Origin: the human T2T-CHM13v2.0 reference genome, Homo sapiens
NCBI RefSeq assembly: GCF_009914755.1
Contig: NC_060925.1
Strand: one strand, 5' to 3'
Length of the DNA stretch: 64,000 bases
The notes beneath the pieces were generated by a model that made no database searches, was not told where the DNA came from, and saw only the letters and a list, made by a program, of their open reading frames with translations. The position numbers were made by a program, and so were the translations under genes. Of the stretch, positions 56,076 to 64,000 are shown in pieces. Within the stretch, counting starts at the first letter, position 1. The number at the start of each line of letters is the position of its first letter.

Positions 56076-58880
56076 GTTTTTTTTTTTTTTTTTTTTTTTT
56101 TTGAGACAGGGTCTTGCTTCGTTATCCAGGCTGGAGTTTAGTGGCATGATCATAGTTCACTGTAGCCTCAAACTCCTAGGCTCAAGTAATCCTTCCACCT
56201 CAGCCTCCCCAGTAACTAGGAATATAGGCATTTGCCACCTCTCCTGGATGCCACTTCATTCTTTTTTTTTTTTTCCCTTTGAGACAAAGTCTGGCCCTAT
56301 TACCCAGGCTGGAGTGCAATGGCATGATTCAGCTCACTGCATCCTCTGACTCCTAGGCTGAAACCATCCTCCCACCTCAGCCTCCCAAGTAGCTGGGACT
56401 ACAGGTGCACACTGCCACACCAGGCTCATTTTTGTATTTTTTGTAGAGATGGGGTTTCACCATGTTGTCCAGGTTGGTCTTGAACTTGTGAGCCCAAGTA
56501 ATCCTCCTGGCTCGGCCTCCCAAAATGCTGGGATTGCAGGTATGACCCACCACACCCAACCCAAATTGTCTTACCTTTCTAAAATTGTGAAGGCTGGGCA
56601 CAGTGGCTCATGCCTGTCATCTTAGCATTTTGGGAGGCCAAGGTGAGAGGATCACTTGAGGCCAGGAGTTCAAGGCCAGCCTGGGCAACAGAGTAACACT
56701 CCATCTCTACTTTAAAAATAAATAAATAAATAAATAAATAAAATTGTCATTTCCAAAACACATCTGATCCAAAGGTCTTGGGATAAGGGATGTGGACATG
56801 TATTTGTAATCTAGTGACCTAGGAATTTACATGCTAGAGATGGTTCAGAAGTCAGCATTACCGCCCTCTGAGGCACTGCTGAGAGGCTTTACAGGGTGAC
56901 ATACTCCTCTGAATTCAGAAAGATCACTGATTTTACACCCAGCCTTTGTGGTTGAGAAAAACCTTTAAGGAAGACTTAAATTAACCAGGTTTATAGTGAC
57001 TGTGGTACAAATGTACCTTTGGATCCATACCTAGGTTCAAATCCTGTTTCTCTCACTTGCTATCTGTGAGTCTGTGGACAAGTTACTCCAACCTTTCTGT
57101 CACTGATTCCTCAGTTATAAAATGAGTATAACATGCCAGGCATGTTGGCTCACGCCTGTAATCCACCACTTTGGGAGGCTGAGGTGGGTGGATCACATGA
57201 GGTCAGGAGTTCAAGAACAGCCTGACTAACATGGTGAATCACCGTCTCTACTAAAAATACAAAATTAGCCGGGCTTGGTGGCGCATGCCTTTAATCCCAG
57301 CTACTCAGGAGGCTGAGGCAGGAGAATCAGAGGCTACAGTGAGCCGAGATCACACCACTGCACTCCAGCCTGGGCAACAAGAGTGAAACTCTGTCTCAAA
57401 AAAATAAATAAATAAAACTAAATAAAATGGGTATGATAAAAGAACCAATATCATAAGATCATTGTGAGAATTAAATAAAATAGTATTTAAAGCACTAGCA
57501 CAGTGTCTGGCACATAAGTGCTCAGTAAATGATAACAAAAAGCTAAAGTTTATGGAGGTGTTTGACATAGTAATATTCACTAAATGTACACAGTGGTCAC
57601 CATTATATGAATCAGTATTCCAATTTATTAATTCACAACAAGAAATATAACTTAAGAAGACTCTACATTTAGGCTATCTAACTGATACATTTATTCTCTG
57701 AATGCAAACTCTTTGGGATGCCAAATTATAAGTAGCATCAGACCAAAGTTATATGTTATAGGTATTTAGTGGCATTAGATATTGACATCAAGATGCAGTA
57801 TCTCCATGTTAGAGACATACCTATTACCAGAATGTAACAGGTTTAATCTTTGGGTCAAAAAAACTTCTATCCTTGCCTTCTGATATTAGTTCTGGCCTTC
57901 TTTCTCTAGTTCTAAAATACTTAGTATAATGATCTCCAGGCTGTTCCATCTCTTAAAGATGATCTTGTATATATCTCTGTTTTGATATATGTCTCTTTTC
58001 TTTAAGGGAAGGCAGCCTTGTTCCCAGGATCTTGGAGAGACCCCCAAAATCACCATTACCTTGTTTACTGATATATTTTTGTATATTGAATCAATAGACA
58101 TTAAATCTGATGCTCAAAATGAGACCATCTGTAACTGACAGGGAAAGGAGGGAAGGATGAGATAGTTATCTATGATAACTTGAAGGATGAGTGATGGGGA
58201 AAATTTCTCCATTATTGTGAGTCTGTGACTACTCAAGAGTTTTTGTTGGTGTAGCTTTCTGGAAGCATAATGACATTTGGGGCTATTGAGTGTCCCAAGG
58301 CAGTAACTGGGGAAGGGTCTCTAGTACATTAAATGCTATCAGGATGGCTTTAGGAGTCCGTGCTCTCTTAAATAGAAAGGAGACTACATTCTGGGTGTGG
58401 TGGCTCACACCTGTAATCCCAGTACTGCTTGAGGCCAGGAATTTGAGACCAGCCTGAGCAACATAGTGAGACTCTACCTGTATAAAAAAAATTTTTTTTA
58501 AAGAAAAGAAAGGCGGGGCACGGTGGCTCATACCTGTAATCCTATCACTTTGAGAGGCTGAGGCAGGCAGATCCCTTGAGTTCAGGAGTTAGTGACCAGC
58601 CTGGGCAACATGGTGAAACCCTGTCACTACAAAAAATACAAAAATATTAGCTGGGTGTGGTGGTGTGCCCCTGTAGTGAGCTATGATTGCACCACTGCAC
58701 TCCAGCCTAGGTGACAGAGTAAGACTCTGTCTCATAAAAATAAAAATAAAAATCTGAACAGATGCAGTGGCTCACACCTGTAATCTTAGCACTTTGGGAG
58801 GCCAAGTCCAGAGGATTGCTTGAGGTCAGGAGTTCAAGACCAGACTGGCCAACATAGCAAGAATGCCTTAAAAAAAAAAC
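56076..58880. mobile_element. Alu cluster (- 56076-56250, - 56262-56562, + FLAM 56591-56743, + 57135-57420 in a MIR, + 58390-58880 in three pieces)
   Basis: Alu consensus. Confidence 0.85.
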
Positions 58881-59740
58881 TACAGGAGTGAGTGAGAGTT
58901 GCTGCTATCATTTCCTATTTTGTAACTGTTGTAATTAGTGTATCTTCGTAGAATTTTGTCAAGTACTATTTATTAATTTACTTTTATTGACGTATAATTT
59001 TCTTCCAGTAAAAAACACATATTTTAAGTGTATAATTAGTTGAGTCTTTGCATTTATTTACAGCCTTGTCACTAATATCCCAATCAAAATATGAAGCATT
59101 GTTATCTTCCTGCAAAATTCCCTCCTGTCCCTTTCCTGTCTGTCCCATGCCCTAGAACCAGCGTCTTGTGATTCCTGTCTTCATGGGTTAGTTTGCCTGT
59201 CAAGTTTTCCTCCTGTGTGCCAGTAGTAGATGGTCGAAGGTACAACACTGGCTATGTGTGCAACCTCATATGCACTTGGAAATGAACTAACATGTCTCTC
59301 AATGTGGAAACAGTGTTTACATTTATGCGTAAAGGAGAGGAACTGTTGTGACATTTGTCCACGTTCATTGTCCCCAGGTCTTCTACCATCAACATGTTAA
59401 ATGTTCTTTGCAAAGTACAGTGTAGCAAGGGTAGCATATTGAGTTGGGGTGGTGGGGACAAGGATGAGTCAGAAACTACCTTTGGGAGAAGTGATGAGAC
59501 ATGCACATACGTTATTATCATGTAAGATAGAAATAATAAGTGCCTTAAGAAAAGTAATATGGCATGCTGTATATTAATAAGTTCAGAAGGAGACCTCACT
59601 TTTAGCTGTGAGAGATTCATAGCAAGTCAGTGAGTTTATTGCTTGATCTTCAACACAGTGTACTTTAAGCAAAGTAAAATTAACATTCAAATAAATTTAA
59701 GTGTCCTCATGTAACAGATTCGGGGAGGCATTCCTAGTTG

Positions 59741-61012
59741 TTTTTTTTTTTTTTTTTTTTTTTTTTGAGATAGGGTCTCGCTCTGTGGTCCAGGCTGGAG
59801 TGCAGTGGCGCAATCAGGGGTCATTGCAGCCTTGACCTCCTGGGCTCAGGCAATCCTCCTGCCTCAGCCCTCCAGTAGCTGGGACTATAGGCACACACCA
59901 CCATGTCTGGCTAATTTTTATTTTTTTTTAATTTTAGTAAAGAGGAAGTCTCACTATGTTGCCCAGGCTGGTCTCAAATTCCTGAGCTCAAGCAATCCTC
60001 CCACTTCAGCCTCCCAAAGTGCTGGGATTATGGCATGAGCCACCATACTTGGCCATTCTTTGCTTTATAAAAGGATTGTAGAATTAATGTAAATGGCAAG
60101 GAAATCTTCCTTACTGAATTTTAAATATGTTTGCACAAAACTTTTTCAGACACATTTACTTTGTAAACTCATATTTATATTTCCAATTAAACAGGTTTTT
60201 ATTGATTGCAGTATATACTGGCACCAAGCTAGATTTTATGAGTTAATTTTTAAACTTAATAAGATGTTTTTAGTACTTAGTATGTGCTAGGAATAAACTG
60301 AACTAATCTTCTAAAAGCTTGCAGTCCTGTTGGAGATACAATTAAGTAGTTACAATCAAGATATAATCAAGTAGTTACTTTTGTGCTTTTGATTTAGTGC
60401 TTTTTATTAGATATTATTAATCTCTAATTGTTTTATTGTAATAATTTAAAATACAGTTGTAAAAATTTGATTGAAGAGGACTGAAAGTTTACAGAACCGG
60501 GGAAAAGGTTTCCCCTGTGTTACTTGGGAGTGTTGAATAGCTTGAATTGGGACTGAATGGGCATATTTTGAGTGAATTATGTTTGTTGGATGAGTAAGAT
60601 AACTGGGAAAGTGGTCTGGGACCATTCATTGAGCAGACATTTATCTATTAATAATACCTTCCAGGTCCCAGGCATTAATTAGGTTCTGAAAGATAGGGTG
60701 GGAATAATAGTAATGTAAAGATAATTTTTTTTTTTTTTTTGAAACAGGCTCTCACTCTGATGCCCAGACTGGAGTGCAGTGCATTGTAACCTCTAACTCC
60801 TGGGCTAACAGGATCCTTCCACCGCAGCCCCCTGAGTACCTAGGATTACAGGTGTGTGCCACCACACCTGGCTAATTAAAAAAAATTTTTTTTTTTAGAG
60901 ATGGGTTCTCACTATGTTGCCCAGGCTGGTCTCCAACTCCTGGCCTGAAGTGATCCCCCTGCCTCAGCCTCCAAAATGCTGAAATTACAGGTGTGAGCCA
61001 CTGTGCGTTGCC
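59741..61012 (-). mobile_element. Two antisense AluJs (59741-60053, 60725-61012)
   Basis: Alu consensus. Confidence 0.88.
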
Positions 61013-61189
61013 ATATTAAAGCAGATTTAAGACTGACATTTAGCTAAATAGTTCTTAGTATGTTCTTAAAATTACTTTTTCCTAAGGATTTAAGAAATGG
61101 ACCAAGCAGGCAGACCGCTGTGTGATTTGAGATTATTATGAGCTATTCTCTTGAGAATGCAGGTCATCTCATTGTTGGTCATTACCTTG

Positions 61190-61352
61190 CTCTGACTGGG
61201 GCCTCTTTTATAAGGGAATTAATCCCATTCATGAGGGCTCTGCCCTTGTGACCTAATCACTTCCCAAAGGCGCACCTCCTAATACCATCATCTTAGGGGT
61301 TGGGATTTCAACATATGAACTTTGTGGGGATGTAAACATTCAGTCCATTACA
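61190..61352 (-). mobile_element. Partial MLT1A-type LTR
   Basis: ttttataaggg..taatcccattcatgagggctctgccc.tgtgacctaatcac ... acattcagtccattaca. Confidence 0.75.
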
Positions 61353-62858
61353 GTATGTATTCCTATAAATACATGTTTCTCACATTAAGTAAGCCATAGA
61401 AGGATATTTTCTAGAATAGTTTGTGAAATTAATTTTGGCAAGATAAGTTCTACTTTCTGATAGACTTATGTGACTCTTTCAGAAATTTCTTACCCTGGGA
61501 AAATAAAAATTGTTTCTGATTTTATTAATTTACTGATTTCCAGAAGGTTCTTTATTCTATAGCCAGCAAAAAGCTGCTTTTGGTTGCTTAACCCCATCCT
61601 AGATTACTTCTAGCAGGGCCTTACAAATGTGTTGATTATATCACCAACTATTTTGATAATGTAACAGTTGGAGGTTAGGATCTGTTTCTCAGCTTCCTGG
61701 GAGCACCGGGTCAATGCCGAGATAAATATCTGTTTAGATCTACAGAATAAATTGATTTTCACACTGACAGTATATCGAAGAGAATCTAGATATCCTAAGG
61801 TGTTTGCTGCCTAGATCTAGGCACACAGTATTGATTAGAATGTTTGGAATCAGCATTCCTTAGATGTTTCTTTACAGAAAAAGTACTGACTTTTAAAAAA
61901 GGTAAGTGTCAAGTGGTTATAAAGATGGTAGCTAGCGTAAAGGCCAAATGTTTTTTTTTCCTTTGAGGCAGGTTTAACAGACTTAGTAACACACTAAAAT
62001 CTGTGAAGTTTAATTTGTCTTTGGGCAGCCGATTTTAATTTTCTGACCAACATAATCAGAATAAGAATAGAAGCTTCAAATTACTGGCTGTTGAGGCATA
62101 GTACATAAAATTGAGGGTTACGTTAATGAAAATTTAAATGGCTAGCTGTACTTACGTGTCTCCGTCCTATCATTTATTCAATATTTTTTGAGTTTCCTCT
62201 GTGTAATAGGTCAATATTCTCCTAGAATTTAAGGCTAATAGGGATGATGAAATTAAGTAATTTCAGAATTGTTTAATTACAGATTTATAAAGTACTTGGC
62301 AGGCTCTTAATTATTTATCTTTGTTAATTTTATCATGAATGCACACAAGGTATTCTGGATCAGAGACATTTCATAATAATAAATGTATTGGCCTGCTTTT
62401 GCCCTAGTCCTTACCCCTAGGATGATGCTATAAAAGCCAGGTCAATTGTCCTGCGTGAGTAGCCAGACACTCTGTAGGTGGGGGACAAGGAAAAATTATT
62501 TTTCTCTCCTATGAAGGGGAAATAGGCAACTGTCCCCCTCCCCTCATGAAATGGTCACTTAGGAAAGGTAATAAGCCTAAATCCTAACTCCAACCCTTTG
62601 GCATATCTGGAGTTTTATCTCTTTTTACATACAAATATCTAGGGAGATAGCTGTACCCCTTTTCTTAGCACCTTGGAAGCTTGGCCTAGGGAACTGCTCC
62701 AGGCTGTAACCTTTCAAACTTCTCTGGGAAATGAGAGAGGGTTTTATTATCCTTCCAGACCAGTTGAAAACAAAAGATCTAATCCTTATGGCATGCAGAA
62801 ATGTTGCCAGGACCCTAGAGCTTTTTAGAAGAACATTGAGAAATCCATGGACATTTTA

Positions 62859-63202
62859 TGTCTTAGTCTGTTTTCTGTTGCTATAACAGAATACCACAGA
62901 CTAGATAATTTATAAAGGAAAGAAGTTTATTTTGGCTCATGGTTTTAGCAGCTGGAAGAGCATAGTGTCTTCTTGCTGCTTCATAACATGGTGGAGGGCA
63001 TCACATGGTGAGAGAGGTAGAGCAAGAGAGGTGAGGGAAATTGCTTTTACGACAAAGTCACTCCATCAATAAAGAGCACACTCCTGTGATAGTGACATTA
63101 ATCCATCAAGGAGGACAGAGTCCTCATTAATCTATTCATGAGGACGGAGGGATTAGGTTTCTAACACATGAACTTTTGGGGGATACACTCAAGCCCATAG
63201 GA
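62859..63202 (-). mobile_element. MST-type MaLR solo LTR, 5-bp TSD tttta
   Basis: tgtcttagtctgttttctgttgctataacagaatacc ... aacacatgaacttttgggggatacac; tttta at 62854-62858 and 63203-63207. Confidence 0.85.
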
Positions 63203-63723
63203 TTTTATTTTCCCACAGTATTATGGGAAAAAAAGGGTTTTATTATATCCTTGTTAGAAGTGAAGGGTTGGCTATCTGCTCTAGAGGTTCAGGTAAAGCT
63301 TCCCTCCTCAGGGAACTGAGGGTAAGTAGGAATTAGCCAGTAAAAAGAGTGAGGGTAGATGAGTAAAGGCACTTCAGGCAATGAGAACAATCCATGTAAA
63401 AGTCCTTAGGCAAGAAAGTGATTGGCTGGTTCAGGGAACTGAAAGATGAGTGTGGGTGGGGCCCAGGGATGATGGGGTATTTTGAGGTAGGCTGGAGCCA
63501 GGCCAAGCAGGGTCTCTAGAGAGAGCAAATTGATAAATGTGCATTTTATTTTAAGTGCAATGTAGAGCCATGAAGTACTTTTTTTTGCTTGCTTGCTTGT
63601 TTTGTTTTTTAATCGAAGAAGTAACCTGATCAGATTCATGTTTTGAAAAGACTCCTGGCTCCTGTGTGGAGAAAGGATTGGAGGAGAGGAAGAAGAGATA
63701 GAGAAGAATTAGAAGGTGATACA

Positions 63724-64000
<277 letters not shown>

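Overview
Primate (very likely human) genomic DNA, Alu-dense (about 70 Alu/FLAM/FRAM pieces by eye, roughly 30% of the window). It also carries L2, MIR, old L1, MaLR/ERV1 solo LTRs and DNA-transposon fossils. Two first exons point away from each other about 22 kb apart. (1) On the + strand is the CpG-island promoter and first coding exon of OSBPL9/ORP9 (37035-37145, start of the PH domain); everything downstream appears to be intron 1, and exon 2 was not seen. (2) On the - strand is an intact-looking, CpG-rich first exon of a calreticulin paralog (14880-14781: signal peptide + VYLREEFKDG, phase-1 donor), consistent with the CALR4 pseudogene locus; its later exons were not found in the window. 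Nearly all other ORFs in the supplied track are Alu-derived or random. The best leads are: the apparently undamaged calreticulin-4 exon 1; a candidate 24-nt stop-containing (poison) microexon with a perfect donor in OSBPL9 intron 1; a duplicated 33-bp recursive-splice-like motif; three tiny TSD-flanked retro-insertions (one is a U2 snRNA 5' fragment ending exactly at the branch-point-recognition sequence); and multi-layer nested transposons. I found no convincing evidence of a wholly novel multi-gene system. All repeat subfamily names are by-eye recognitions and need RepeatMasker/Dfam confirmation.
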